From the NCBI RefSeq assembly GCF_000006765.1, contig NC_002516.2: a stretch of 64,000 nt of DNA. The stretch is one strand, 5' to 3'. The stretch is from Pseudomonas aeruginosa PAO1 (lineage in GTDB: Bacteria; Pseudomonadota; Gammaproteobacteria; Pseudomonadales; Pseudomonadaceae). Positions 47,969 through 58,050 of this stretch are shown in pieces (positions within the stretch are counted from its first letter, which is position 1; every line of letters starts with the position of its first letter). The position numbers and the translations under genes are program-made. Under the pieces are notes generated by a model. It saw only the letters and a list, made by a program, of their open reading frames with translations, did no database searches and had not been told where the DNA came from.

Positions 47969-49933
47969 TCAGAAGGAGTACTTCACGGTCAGGCCGATGT
48001 TGTCGCGGTCGCGGATGTTGTTGTTCTGCCCGCCGCCGTAGAACTCGGTGTACTGCAGTTCGCCTTCCAGGCTGTTCAGGTAGGTGGCCTTGATCCCCAG
48101 GGTGTAGGCCTTGCGACCTTCGATGAAGTTGCCGGTCTGGTAGGAGTTGCCTTCGAAGTCGTCCTTGTAGACCACGTAGGGCGACACGTTGACCCCGGCG
48201 AACACGTCGTTCCAGGTGCCGCTGAGCAGCAGGGTGTAGCCGTAGGCGTTGCGGTTCACCTGGTCGCCACGGTCGCCGCCGGAAACGTACGAGCTGTTGC
48301 CGCGCCCGGCATAGTAGCGGGTGCTGCCGTCGTAGGCGGTGTACTTCAGGCTGCTGCCGCGCAGGTGTTCCGAAGCCAGCTCGGCGACGCCGGTCAACGA
48401 GTCGAAGCTCAGCGACGGACCGAAGTTGTAGATGGTCCCGAGGGAGGTGTTGAACGCCTCGACCCGCTCGTAGTTGTGGATCTGCCCGCCGAGGCCGACC
48501 ATCTGCCCGCCGACGTTGATCTGTCCGCCGTTGGCGGCTTCCGCCGCACCGTGGGCGAGGTCGCCGATCAGGTCGTTGGTGGCGGCGATGCCGATCGGCA
48601 GGTTCGGCCGGTAGGCCAGCTCGCCGAACACCGAGGCGTCGCCCACCGTGGTGTTGAAGCTGAAGCCGTACATGCGGATGTCTTCGGCGAACTCGCGCCG
48701 GGCATTGATGTTGCCCATCACGTCGGCGGTCACCAGGCCGTTGGCCAGGGCTTCGGCGAGGTTGCCGGCGATCGGCCGCAGGGTGTTGGCCAGCGCCGCC
48801 AGGTCGGCCCCGGCATAGTCGCCGATGTCGGCGTACAGGGTCGGTTCCTTGGAGTGGTAATTGACGAAGTAGAAGCCGAACTCGGTGCTGTTCAGTTCCT
48901 CGGCGATGTAGCGGAAGGCCACGCCGAACTGGCCGTCGTTGCGCGCGTTGATGTCCTTGCCGATGGACGACACCTTCATCACGTTGCCGTAGGCCGGGGT
49001 CACGCCGTTGGCATAGAGGCCGGTGTTCTTCAGCGCGCCGCTGAGCAGCGGATTGTTGCCCAGCGCCTGGTACAGGCCGATGACGTTGCCGAAGCCGGGC
49101 ACCGGGGTGTCCAGCGCGGTACCGGTGAAGTCGCTGTAGCCGGTGTTGCCGCCGTCGGCGAACAGGTCGGTCTCGGAGAAGAAGGTACCGACCGGGTCGA
49201 GGCGGGTTTCCTTCCAGTTCCACTGGTAGAAGGTTTCCATCGACAGGTTGTCGGTCAGGCCGATGTTGAAGCTCAGCGCTTCCACCGGCATCAGCACTTC
49301 CTTGAGCTCGGAACCGGGCAGGCGGTACTTGGCGGCGTCCACCGGGTTGGTGGTGTTGACCCCGCCACGGTAGAAGATGCCCTCGCCCCAGTTGAACACC
49401 TGGCGGCCGAAGCGCGCGCTCAGCGGCATGTTGCCGATGTCCCAGCTGCCGTAGACGTAGGCGTCGAGGATTTCCGCCTTGTGCCCGGCGATGTCGCGGG
49501 TCTGGCTGGTGAAACGGTCGTCGTGGGGATAGCTCTGGCTCGGCTGCGATGGATCGTTGTGGCTGTAGTAGTCGTTGCGCTTGTCCATGATCTGGGTGTC
49601 ATAGAACGCCGTGCCGCGGATGAACACGCCATAGTTGCGCCAGGTCGCCTCCAGGTCCGAGGTGATCTTGTAGACCTCGGAAACCAGGCCGGTATCGAAG
49701 TTGCGGTTGCCGTCGTTGGTGTTGATGTCATTGTTGCTCTTGTCCTGCCCCTGCACCCGCCACAGGGTGCCGTAGGACAGGGTGGTGTCGAGCGAACCGG
49801 ACACCTCGTTGTCGAGGAAGCTGAATTCGACGGCCTGGGCCTGGCCGCCCAGCAGCGGCAGCAGCCCGGCGAAGGCGAAGCCGGCCCGGGCCGGCGCGGA
49901 GCGCAGCCGGGGCTGGCGGTTGGGGATGTACAT
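47969..49933 (-). CDS. DUF1302 outer-membrane beta-barrel protein
   Basis: Start MYIPNRQ (654 aa). Signal peptide, NDGNRNF, and a C-terminal DRDNIGLTVKYSF ending in Phe. Confidence 0.85.
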   Translation of the reverse strand: MYIPNRQPRLRSAPARAGFAFAGLLPLLGGQAQAVEFSFLDNEVSGSLDTTLSYGTLWRVQGQDKSNNDINTNDGNRNFDTGLVSEVYKITSDLEATWRNYGVFIRGTAFYDTQIMDKRNDYYSHNDPSQPSQSYPHDDRFTSQTRDIAGHKAEILDAYVYGSWDIGNMPLSARFGRQVFNWGEGIFYRGGVNTTNPVDAAKYRLPGSELKEVLMPVEALSFNIGLTDNLSMETFYQWNWKETRLDPVGTFFSETDLFADGGNTGYSDFTGTALDTPVPGFGNVIGLYQALGNNPLLSGALKNTGLYANGVTPAYGNVMKVSSIGKDINARNDGQFGVAFRYIAEELNSTEFGFYFVNYHSKEPTLYADIGDYAGADLAALANTLRPIAGNLAEALANGLVTADVMGNINARREFAEDIRMYGFSFNTTVGDASVFGELAYRPNLPIGIAATNDLIGDLAHGAAEAANGGQINVGGQMVGLGGQIHNYERVEAFNTSLGTIYNFGPSLSFDSLTGVAELASEHLRGSSLKYTAYDGSTRYYAGRGNSSYVSGGDRGDQVNRNAYGYTLLLSGTWNDVFAGVNVSPYVVYKDDFEGNSYQTGNFIEGRKAYTLGIKATYLNSLEGELQYTEFYGGGQNNNIRDRDNIGLTVKYSF

Positions 49934-50379
49934 CGGGAACTCACTCCATGTGGTCATGCGTTGGGCGCCGCCACTGCGGGCGGTTCGCCGTTCGGCCGTT
50001 TCTCTGCGGCCTTGTTATGGGTGGTCGCGGCGTCACCGGCCTAGCATCGACGAAAGGGAACCGCGCGACGAGGCAGTGCAACCGGGATGCCAATTCAACG
50101 GAATCCTCCAGGCAATTCAATGGATTGCGAAAAAAACAGGACTTCCTGCGGGATGACTGTTCATTCACTGACCAGAAAACAGGAAGTGTCCGACAAAACG
50201 CGCCAGGCGAATTTCGCCGGTGGCGCGAAAAGTCCCTTCGCAGAGCCTGCGCAGGGAGGTTCGCGAAACACGATTAAGCGGACTCCATCAATGGAAAACA
50301 GTGAAGCGATTCCCAGAAGTAACAAAGGGCGTTACCAGCCAGTGGCCAGTAACACCCTCTTCCGGGTGAAGCTGGCGGA

Positions 50380-53037
50380 TCAGGCCAGGCTCTTGCTCAC
50401 CACTTCGTAGACGTCGCTGGACAATTCGCCGGAGGCCAGGATGCGTTCCAGCTCGCCGCGCATCAGCGCCTGCCGCGCCTCGTCGTACTTGCGCCAGCGG
50501 GTCAGCGGCACCAGCAGGCGCGAGGCGATCTGCGGGTTGAGTGCGTTGAGCACGATCACCTGGTCGGCGAGGAAGCGATAGCCGGCGCCGTCAGGACGAT
50601 GGAAGTTGACCAGGTTCTGGTTGGCGAACGCGCCGATCAGCGCGCGCACCTTGTTCGGGTTCTTCAGGGTGAAGGCCGGGTGCTGCATCAGCTCCTGGAC
50701 CCGCTCCAGCCCGCCCGGCAGCGGCGAGCCGGCCTGCACGCTGAACCACTGGTCCATCACCAGCGGGTCATCCTTGAAGTAATCGGCGAACATGGCCAGG
50801 GCCTTGCCCTTCTCCGCCTCGAAGCCGGAGTTGACCAGCACCGCCAGGGCGGTCAGGCGCTCGGTCATGTTGTCGCAGCCTTCGTACTGCTCCAGGCAGG
50901 CGGCGAGGATTTCCTCCCGGCCCGACAGCGACAGGTAGGACAGCGCGATGTTCTGCAGGCTGCGCCGGGCTATGTGCGAAGCCTCGGCGAGGTAGGCGGT
51001 GTCGCGGGAAATCTTGCGGTTGGCCTGGTAACGCTGCCACAGCGGCTCGAACAGCGCTTCGCCGATACGCTGGCGGGCGAATTCGCGGGCGGCATGGATC
51101 GCGTCGACATCGGCGACTTCGCTGATCTCGGTGAGATAGGCCTCGCTGGGCAGCGAGAGCATCTCGGCGACCATCGCCTGGTCCAGCGCCTCGTCCGCCA
51201 GGAGGGTGCGGTAGGCCTCGATCAGGCGCGGGTCGAGTACCAGTTGCTCGCCGCGCTGGTGCTGGCCGATCAGCTCCTGCAGGACCTGCACCGAAAGCTG
51301 TTGGCCGGCCTCCCAGCGGTTGAAGCCGTCGCTGTCGTGCTGCATGAGGAACAGCAACTGGTCGCGGCTGTAGGGGAAGCTCAGTTTCACCGGCGCGGAG
51401 AAGCCGCGCAGCAGCGATGGCAGCGGCTGCTCCGGCACCTCGACGAAGACGAAGCGCTGCTCGGCCTCGGTCACCGCCAGCACGCGGTTGCCGCCCTGGG
51501 CCACGGCCTCGCCTTCCAGGCGCAGCGGAAGTTCGTGGCCCTGGCCGTCGAGCAGACCCAGCTCCAGCGGGATGACGAAGGGTTCCTTGCTCGGCTGGCC
51601 GGGAGTCGGCGGGCAGCTCTGGCGCACCGTCAGGGTGTAGCGGCGGGCGGCGGCGTCGTACTCGCCTTCCACCGCCAGGCGCGGAGTGCCGGACTGGCTG
51701 TACCAGCGCTTGAACTGGGTCAGGTCGACGCCATTGGCGTCTTCCATGGCCTTGACGAAATCGTCGCAGGTCACCGCCTGGCCGTCGTGGCGCTGGAAGT
51801 ACAGGTCCGAGCCCTTGCGGAAGCCTTCGGCGCCGAGCAGGGTGTGGATCATCCGCACCACTTCCGAGCCCTTCTCGTAGACGGTCAGGGTGTAGAAGTT
51901 GGAAATCTCGATGAACGAGTCGGGGCGCACCGGATGCGCCATCGGCCCGGCGTCCTCGGCGAACTGGTTGGTGCGCAGGAAGGCGACGTCCTCGACGCGC
52001 TTGACCGTGCGCGAGTTCATGTCGGCGGAGAACTCCGAGTCGCGGAATACGGTGAAGCCCTCCTTGAGCGACAGCTGGAACCAGTCGCGGCAGGTGACCC
52101 GGTTACCCGACCAGTTGTGGAAATACTCATGCGCCACCACGCCCTCGACCCGCTGGTGGGCGGCGTCGGTGGCGGTTTCGGCGCGGGCCAGGACGCAACT
52201 GGAGTTGAAGATGTTGAGGCCCTTGTTCTCCATCGCGCCCATGTTGAAGTCGTTGACCGCGACGATCATGAAGATGTCCAGGTCGTACTCGCGGCCGTAG
52301 ACCTCCTCGTCCCAGCGCATCGACTTCTTCAGGCTGTCCATGGCGTGCTGGACCTTGTCGATGTTCTCCGGCTCGACGTAGATGCGCAACGCCACGTCGC
52401 GCTGGCTCATGGTGCGGAAGCTGTCCTCGACGCACCAGAGGTCGCCGGCGACCAGGGCGAACAGGTAGGCCGGCTTCTTGAACGGGTCTTCCCAGGTCGC
52501 CCAGTGCCGGCCGTTGCCTTCGGAACCGCTGGCCACCGGGTTGCCGTTGGAGAGCAGCACCGGGTAGCGCTGCTGTTCGGCGCTGACGGTGGTGGTGAAG
52601 CGACTCATCACGTCGGGACGGTCGAGGTAATAGGTGATCTTGCGGAAACCCTCGGCCTCGCACTGGGTGCAGAACATCTTGCCGGACTTGTACAGGCCTT
52701 CCAGCGCGGTGTTGCTCTCCGGATGGATACGCACCGTGCTCCTGAGGACGAATTCGGCCTGCCGCGGTTGCACCCCGAGCTGCTCGTCGTCCAGTTGGTA
52801 GTCGTCCGCGCCGAGCGCCTGGCCGTCCAGTTCGAGCGCCAGCAGCTCCAGTTGCTGGCCATGCAGCAACAGCGGCGGCAGGCCGGCGCCGCGCTCGGGG
52901 TTGCGCCGCAGCTTCAACTCGGCGTGTACCAGGCTGTGGTCTTCGAACAGTTCGAACTTCAGGTGGGTCTCGTCGATCAGGTAGTCCGGCGCCTGATAGT
53001 CCTTGAGGTGGATGACTTTCGGTTGCTCGGTGCGCAT
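50380..53037 (-). CDS. pepN: Aminopeptidase N (M1)
   Basis: 885 aa. GAMEN and HEYFH-X18-E. Confidence 0.97.
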   Translation of the reverse strand: MRTEQPKVIHLKDYQAPDYLIDETHLKFELFEDHSLVHAELKLRRNPERGAGLPPLLLHGQQLELLALELDGQALGADDYQLDDEQLGVQPRQAEFVLRSTVRIHPESNTALEGLYKSGKMFCTQCEAEGFRKITYYLDRPDVMSRFTTTVSAEQQRYPVLLSNGNPVASGSEGNGRHWATWEDPFKKPAYLFALVAGDLWCVEDSFRTMSQRDVALRIYVEPENIDKVQHAMDSLKKSMRWDEEVYGREYDLDIFMIVAVNDFNMGAMENKGLNIFNSSCVLARAETATDAAHQRVEGVVAHEYFHNWSGNRVTCRDWFQLSLKEGFTVFRDSEFSADMNSRTVKRVEDVAFLRTNQFAEDAGPMAHPVRPDSFIEISNFYTLTVYEKGSEVVRMIHTLLGAEGFRKGSDLYFQRHDGQAVTCDDFVKAMEDANGVDLTQFKRWYSQSGTPRLAVEGEYDAAARRYTLTVRQSCPPTPGQPSKEPFVIPLELGLLDGQGHELPLRLEGEAVAQGGNRVLAVTEAEQRFVFVEVPEQPLPSLLRGFSAPVKLSFPYSRDQLLFLMQHDSDGFNRWEAGQQLSVQVLQELIGQHQRGEQLVLDPRLIEAYRTLLADEALDQAMVAEMLSLPSEAYLTEISEVADVDAIHAAREFARQRIGEALFEPLWQRYQANRKISRDTAYLAEASHIARRSLQNIALSYLSLSGREEILAACLEQYEGCDNMTERLTALAVLVNSGFEAEKGKALAMFADYFKDDPLVMDQWFSVQAGSPLPGGLERVQELMQHPAFTLKNPNKVRALIGAFANQNLVNFHRPDGAGYRFLADQVIVLNALNPQIASRLLVPLTRWRKYDEARQALMRGELERILASGELSSDVYEVVSKSLA

Positions 53038-53055
53038 GGCTTGTGGCCCTTCTGC

Positions 53056-53889
53056 TCAGTGATGCACGGCGATCTGGTAGGCCGTGTATTTGCGAATGTT
53101 GATCACCCCGGTGTCGAGGATCAGGTACTGGCCCTTGATACCGCGAAGCGTGCCTTCGACGATAGGCGTTTTTTCCAGGTCGAGGCTGGCGACCTTGCTC
53201 GGGTAGGCCTCGACCGGGTAGGCGATCTCGAGCGGATCGAGGTCGATAACCGGTTGGATCGCCTGCAGGCCGAAACGTTGCTGCAATTCGCGCAGGCCGT
53301 CGGCGCACTGGTCGAACAACTGCTCGCGGACTGCCGCCAGATCGACCGGCTCGGCTTCGCCCTTGAGCATGGCCCGCCAATTGGTGCGGTCGGCGACCTG
53401 GCTGCGCAGCAGGTCTTCCACCAGGCCGGACTGCTGGCGGGTGGCCACGCGCAGGATCGGCAGCGCCTGGCGCGCGCCCTGGTCGATCCAGCGGGTGGGA
53501 ATCTGGCTGGCGCGGGTGATGCCGACCTTCACCCCGGAGGAGTTGGCCAGGTACACCACGTGATCGGTCATGCAGAACCGCTCGCCCCACTCCGGTTCGC
53601 GGCAGGTGCCCTGCTCGTAGTGGCACTTCTCCGGGCTGACGATGCAACTGTCGCACTGCGCCAGCCGGGTGAAGCAGGGATAGCAATAGCCCTGGCTGAA
53701 ACTCTTCTTCGTCTTGCGGCCGCAATGGGTGCAGAAGATGCTGCCGAGGTACTCCAGGCGCAGCGGCCGGCCGATCAGCGGGTTCACCGCGACTTCGCGG
53801 TCGTCGAGGCGGAAGGCGTATTGCACGGGAGCATTGCTTTCCAGGCGCGCCGTCATCTTGCTCAGCGCGCCGCGGGCGATTTCTTCCAT
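53056..53889 (-). CDS. DUF2797 Cys-rich protein
   Basis: Start MEEIARG (277 aa). Three CxxC motifs, HVVYLA, KVGIT and RWIDQGA. Confidence 0.85.
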   Translation of the reverse strand: MEEIARGALSKMTARLESNAPVQYAFRLDDREVAVNPLIGRPLRLEYLGSIFCTHCGRKTKKSFSQGYCYPCFTRLAQCDSCIVSPEKCHYEQGTCREPEWGERFCMTDHVVYLANSSGVKVGITRASQIPTRWIDQGARQALPILRVATRQQSGLVEDLLRSQVADRTNWRAMLKGEAEPVDLAAVREQLFDQCADGLRELQQRFGLQAIQPVIDLDPLEIAYPVEAYPSKVASLDLEKTPIVEGTLRGIKGQYLILDTGVINIRKYTAYQIAVHH

Positions 53890-54152
53890 CAGTGCACGGA
53901 GTCCGACTTGAACAGGATGTTCGGGATCGGCTCGTCGGAATGCGAGGAGCAGTGCTGCGGGCCCATGTAGCCGGTGCGCTCCTCCTCGGGGAGGTTCTGC
54001 AGCTCCCAGGCGATCACCGCCTGCAGGCAGAGTTCCTTCTGCTCCTGGGTCAGCTTGCGGCCGTCCGGCCACTTGCCGATCTCGATGGCCAGCTTGAGGT
54101 TCTGGTAGATCTCAGGAGTGATGTTCTCGATCGCTTGATTGAAGGACGACAT
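53889..54152 (-). CDS. YeaC/DUF1315-family protein
   Basis: 87 aa. AIEIGKWPDGRKLTQEQKELCLQAVIAW. Confidence 0.88.
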   Translation of the reverse strand: MSSFNQAIENITPEIYQNLKLAIEIGKWPDGRKLTQEQKELCLQAVIAWELQNLPEEERTGYMGPQHCSSHSDEPIPNILFKSDSVH

Positions 54153-54235
54153 GGCCGGCTCCGGTGAAAAGGCGTACCGGCCATTCTACCGGGCCGGGGC
54201 CGGCGGCGCACATCGAAGCTGCCGCAGCCCCTCGC

Positions 54236-55096
54236 TCAACGGCGACGCCGCGCCAGCAGGCCGCCCAGCAAACCGCTGAGGCAACCGACCAGCAGCCCGC
54301 CAACGTGCGCGCCGTTGGCGATGGAGCCGAAGCCGAGCAGGTCGATCACCCCGGACAGGCACACCAGCAGCCAGATCAGCATCATCGCCACGACGCCCCT
54401 GGGCAGGCGATAGGCCTGGTTCGGCGCCAGGTACTGGAAGATCCAGCAGTGCCCGAGCAAGCCATAGAGCACCCCGGACAACCCGCCGAACAGGCTGGCG
54501 CCGCTCACCGCGTACTGCACCACGTTGGACACCAGGCCGAACAGCAGGGTCAGGCCGAGCAGCATCGGACGGCCCTGGCGGAATTCGATGCGCCGGCCCA
54601 GCTCCCAGAACCACATGGCGTTCATCGCCAGGTGCAGCCAGCCGAAGTGGATCAGCATCGGCGTGAACAGCCGCCACCATTGACCCGCCGCCAGGCTCTC
54701 GGCCAACGGCGTGAACAGCGCGTACTGGCCCTGGATACGGAAGTCCTGGAAGGTCAGCCAGCGCATCGTCGCGAAGTTGTCGCCAAGGTAGGTGACAGCG
54801 GCGACGACGAAGGTCAGCAGCAACACCGCGGCGGTCATCGGGCTCATCCGCAGTTGCCGGACGAAACCCTGCCCCGCCGGTCGCGGCGCGGCCTCCAGGG
54901 TCGCCTGCGGATCGCCTTCGGGATAACGCCGGTACAACTCGCGGACCTGCTCGGCGAGCCGCTCGTCGGGCACCCAGAGGACCTGCTGGCCGGATTCCTC
55001 GCTGACCCGGTGCGGCACGTTCAGCCGCCGCAGCAGGCCGACGAAGCCGGCCAGGTCGACCGACAGGGGAAACTTCAGGACCTGCACCGCGCTCAC
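54236..55096 (-). CDS. Rhomboid intramembrane serine protease (GlpG-like)
   Basis: WWR, HFGWLHL, GLSG (catalytic Ser) and AHVGG (catalytic His). Confidence 0.92.
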   Translation of the reverse strand: MSAVQVLKFPLSVDLAGFVGLLRRLNVPHRVSEESGQQVLWVPDERLAEQVRELYRRYPEGDPQATLEAAPRPAGQGFVRQLRMSPMTAAVLLLTFVVAAVTYLGDNFATMRWLTFQDFRIQGQYALFTPLAESLAAGQWWRLFTPMLIHFGWLHLAMNAMWFWELGRRIEFRQGRPMLLGLTLLFGLVSNVVQYAVSGASLFGGLSGVLYGLLGHCWIFQYLAPNQAYRLPRGVVAMMLIWLLVCLSGVIDLLGFGSIANGAHVGGLLVGCLSGLLGGLLARRRR

Positions 55097-56073
55097 TCGT
55101 CAGCCTCCGGCCGCTTCACTTCGACCCAGACGAACTTGTGCCGGTCCAGGCGGGTTTCCTCATCCAGGCGATAGGCCGCCAGCTTGCCGTACATCACCGC
55201 GCTGTAGTCCAGGCAGGCCAGGTTCGGCCGGATCGGCGCCGGCGTGCCGCGTCGCCAGTAGTGGCCGACGAACAACAGCGGTTCGTCGGCGCCGTAGGTC
55301 AGCAGGCTGGACTTCTGCTCCTCGCTGAGCGGCTCGCGGGCGATCGCTTCGGGCAACGCGTCGGGCTGGAAGACGATATCGCCGTAGGTGCGCGGCGCCT
55401 CGTCCTCGACCCAGAACTTGGTGCGGAAGAAGGCGCGCGTATAGCCATCGCTGCTGGTCAGGGTGGCACCGTGCGGCAGGCGCATGTCGGTGCCGCGCAG
55501 CAGACGGTTGCAGGCCAGGTCGGCGAAGCTGCCGGGCTCCGCCGACTCCTGCAGGAAGGCTTCGCTGATCCGCCCGTCGGGGAACTGCCGGCGCAGGGTC
55601 GCGATCAGCTCGCCGTCCCAGCAGGCATGGACCATGCGGAAGCGCCCGGCATCGAGGAACAGCGGCAGTTGCTGGAACCAGCCGAGGAAGTCGCGCCAGT
55701 CGGCGTCGTGGCCCTCGAACTGCTCGAGGGTCTCCTTGATCAGCCGGGCATGCCGCGGCGTATGCTCGCGGACGTACTGGCGGCCGCTGCCGGGCGCCGC
55801 CGGGGTGCTCCAGCCGAGCGCGTTGAATTCGTGGTTGCCCATGATGCACAGCGCCTCGCCGGCGTCGACCATCGCGTGCACCCGGTGCAGGGCCTCGCGG
55901 ATGCGCGGGCCGCGGTCGACGATGTCGCCGAGGAACAGCGCCTGGCGCCGCGGATGGCGCCAGACGCCGCCCTGCAGGCGGTAGCCGAGCAGGTCGAGGA
56001 GGCGGTCCAGGGTATGCGCGCAGCCGTGGACATCGCCGATCAGGTCGTAGCCACGTCCGGGGTCGAGTTGCAT
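55093..56073 (-). CDS. Calcineurin-like metallophosphoesterase (ApaH/PrpE-related)
   Basis: GDVHG, GDIVDRG, GNHE, VHA and GHY motifs. Confidence 0.9.
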   Translation of the reverse strand: MQLDPGRGYDLIGDVHGCAHTLDRLLDLLGYRLQGGVWRHPRRQALFLGDIVDRGPRIREALHRVHAMVDAGEALCIMGNHEFNALGWSTPAAPGSGRQYVREHTPRHARLIKETLEQFEGHDADWRDFLGWFQQLPLFLDAGRFRMVHACWDGELIATLRRQFPDGRISEAFLQESAEPGSFADLACNRLLRGTDMRLPHGATLTSSDGYTRAFFRTKFWVEDEAPRTYGDIVFQPDALPEAIAREPLSEEQKSSLLTYGADEPLLFVGHYWRRGTPAPIRPNLACLDYSAVMYGKLAAYRLDEETRLDRHKFVWVEVKRPEADE

Positions 56074-56960
56074 CAGTCGCCTCCGCCCAGGCGGCTGCCC
56101 CAGCCGAGCTTGGTCCGGCAGATCTCGTAGTAGTTGTGGTCGATGGGGTGGATCAGGCGCAGCTTCTGCGGCTTCTTGCTGATCGTCACGGTATCGCCGG
56201 GGGCGCAGGTGAAATGGTTCTGCCCGTCGCAGGAGACCTGCGGGTAGATCTGCATGTTCGGCGACACGACGATCTTCAGCTCGCTGTTGCCGTCCACCAC
56301 GATCGGGCGGCTGGAAAGCATGTGCGGGTACATCGGCACGATGACGATGGCATCCAGCTTCGGATGCATGATCGGACCGCCGGCGGACAGCGCGTAGGCG
56401 GTGGAACCGGTGGGCGTGGCGACGATCAGGCCGTCGGCCTTCTGGCTGCAGACGAACTGGCCGTCGATATACAGCTCGAACTCGATCATCCGGGTCGACT
56501 TGCCCGGGTGCAGGACCACGTCGTTGAGCGCATCGCCCTGCCCCATCGAGTCGATACCGCGACGCACCTGGGCATCGAGGAGGAAGCGGCTCTCGACGAT
56601 GTACTGGCCGTCCAGCACCTCGCCGACCTTGGCCTCCAGTTCATCCGGGCGGATGTCGGTGAGGAAGCCCAGGCTGCCGCGGTTGATCCCCAGCACCGGC
56701 ACCTTGTGCCGGGCCAGCGCGCGGGCCGCGCCGAGCATGCTGCCATCGCCGCCGACCACCACCACCAGGTCGCAGATCTCGCCCATGATCTTCCGCGAGC
56801 AGGTCTGCAGGCCGTGTCCGGGCAGGACTTCGGCGATGGTGTCCTCGAGGATCACATGCAGGTGGCGATCGATCAGGAATTTCTTCAGCCGGCGAATGGT
56901 GTCCAGCACCTGGGTGCTGCCGAGGCGGCCGATGATGCCGATATTGCGAAAGGGTTCCAT
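56073..56960 (-). CDS. nadK: NAD kinase
   Basis: GGDGSML, GINRGSLGFL, ALNDV and TPTGSTAY. Confidence 0.96.
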   Translation of the reverse strand: MEPFRNIGIIGRLGSTQVLDTIRRLKKFLIDRHLHVILEDTIAEVLPGHGLQTCSRKIMGEICDLVVVVGGDGSMLGAARALARHKVPVLGINRGSLGFLTDIRPDELEAKVGEVLDGQYIVESRFLLDAQVRRGIDSMGQGDALNDVVLHPGKSTRMIEFELYIDGQFVCSQKADGLIVATPTGSTAYALSAGGPIMHPKLDAIVIVPMYPHMLSSRPIVVDGNSELKIVVSPNMQIYPQVSCDGQNHFTCAPGDTVTISKKPQKLRLIHPIDHNYYEICRTKLGWGSRLGGGD

Positions 56961-57084
56961 GCGGTTCCTGCGAAAAGCTGGCGGGCGGGATAGAGCGGAT
57001 TATGGGCGAAAGCCGCGGACAGCGGCAAACCCGCGCATGTACGGGAAATCGCCGCGAGTGGCGCAACCCGGCTAACCTCTGGGT

Positions 57085-58050
57085 ATGACGCTGCTGACCG
57101 AATTGCTCGACGAATTGCGCCACCCGGCCGTCCGCGACCTGGCCTGGACCCTGCTCGCCCCGCCGTTGCTGCGCCGGACCCCGGAGCCGCAGCGCCATCC
57201 GCTCGCCGCCAGCCGCTGGCGCCAGGAACCGGAGCGCCTGGCCGCCTGGTTGCGCGAACAGGAGCGACAGCCGCAGCATCTCGCCGCCTGGCTCGCGCAA
57301 TGGCCACGGCAGCGTCTCGGCCTGTACTACGAACATCTCTGGCAATTCGCCCTGGAACAGGCCCCGGACGTGCGCCTGATCGCCGCCAACCTGCCGGTGC
57401 GCGACGGCGGGCATACCCTTGGCGAACTCGACCTGCTGCTGCGGGACGACGACGGCATCCACCACCTGGAACTGGCGATCAAACTCTACCTGGGGCCCCA
57501 GTCCGGCCCCGGCGACTGGCTCGGGCCCGGCGGCCAGGACCGCCTGTCACGCAAGCTGGAACACCTCTGCCGACACCAGTTGCCGCTGGCGGCGACCCGC
57601 GAGGGTCGCCAGGTGCTGGCCGCCCATGGCGCCGAATCGGCCGTTTCCGCATTGTGGCTGAGCGGCTACCTGTTCCATCCCTGGCCCGGGCCGGGCAGCC
57701 TGCCCGCCGACATCGAGCCACGGCATCTGCGTGGCCGCTGGCTCCGCCAGCGCGACTGGCCGGCGTACCTGGCCAGCCTGGCCGGACCGCAGACCGGGCA
57801 GCATTGGCTGCATCTGTCGCGCGAGCACTGGCTGGCGCCGGCCATGCGGCGGCAGGACCCGCTCGACCCACCGCGCGACGGCGCCTGCTGGAACATCGCC
57901 TTCGCCGACGAGGCACGTCCGCAAATGCTGGTAAGGGTGGTGCCGCGCGACGGCTACTGGGTAGAGGCCGAGCGCCTGTTCCTGGCCAGCGACGACTGGC
58001 CACCGGGGCTCAGCCTGTGGGGTAGCGCGCGCCAGGCCGCGGATGCCTGA
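57085..58050 (+). CDS. DUF1853 protein
   Basis: VRDLAW, RLGLYYEHLW and GELDLL...HLELAIKLY motifs recalled for DUF1853. Confidence 0.8.
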   Translation: MTLLTELLDELRHPAVRDLAWTLLAPPLLRRTPEPQRHPLAASRWRQEPERLAAWLREQERQPQHLAAWLAQWPRQRLGLYYEHLWQFALEQAPDVRLIAANLPVRDGGHTLGELDLLLRDDDGIHHLELAIKLYLGPQSGPGDWLGPGGQDRLSRKLEHLCRHQLPLAATREGRQVLAAHGAESAVSALWLSGYLFHPWPGPGSLPADIEPRHLRGRWLRQRDWPAYLASLAGPQTGQHWLHLSREHWLAPAMRRQDPLDPPRDGACWNIAFADEARPQMLVRVVPRDGYWVEAERLFLASDDWPPGLSLWGSARQAADA

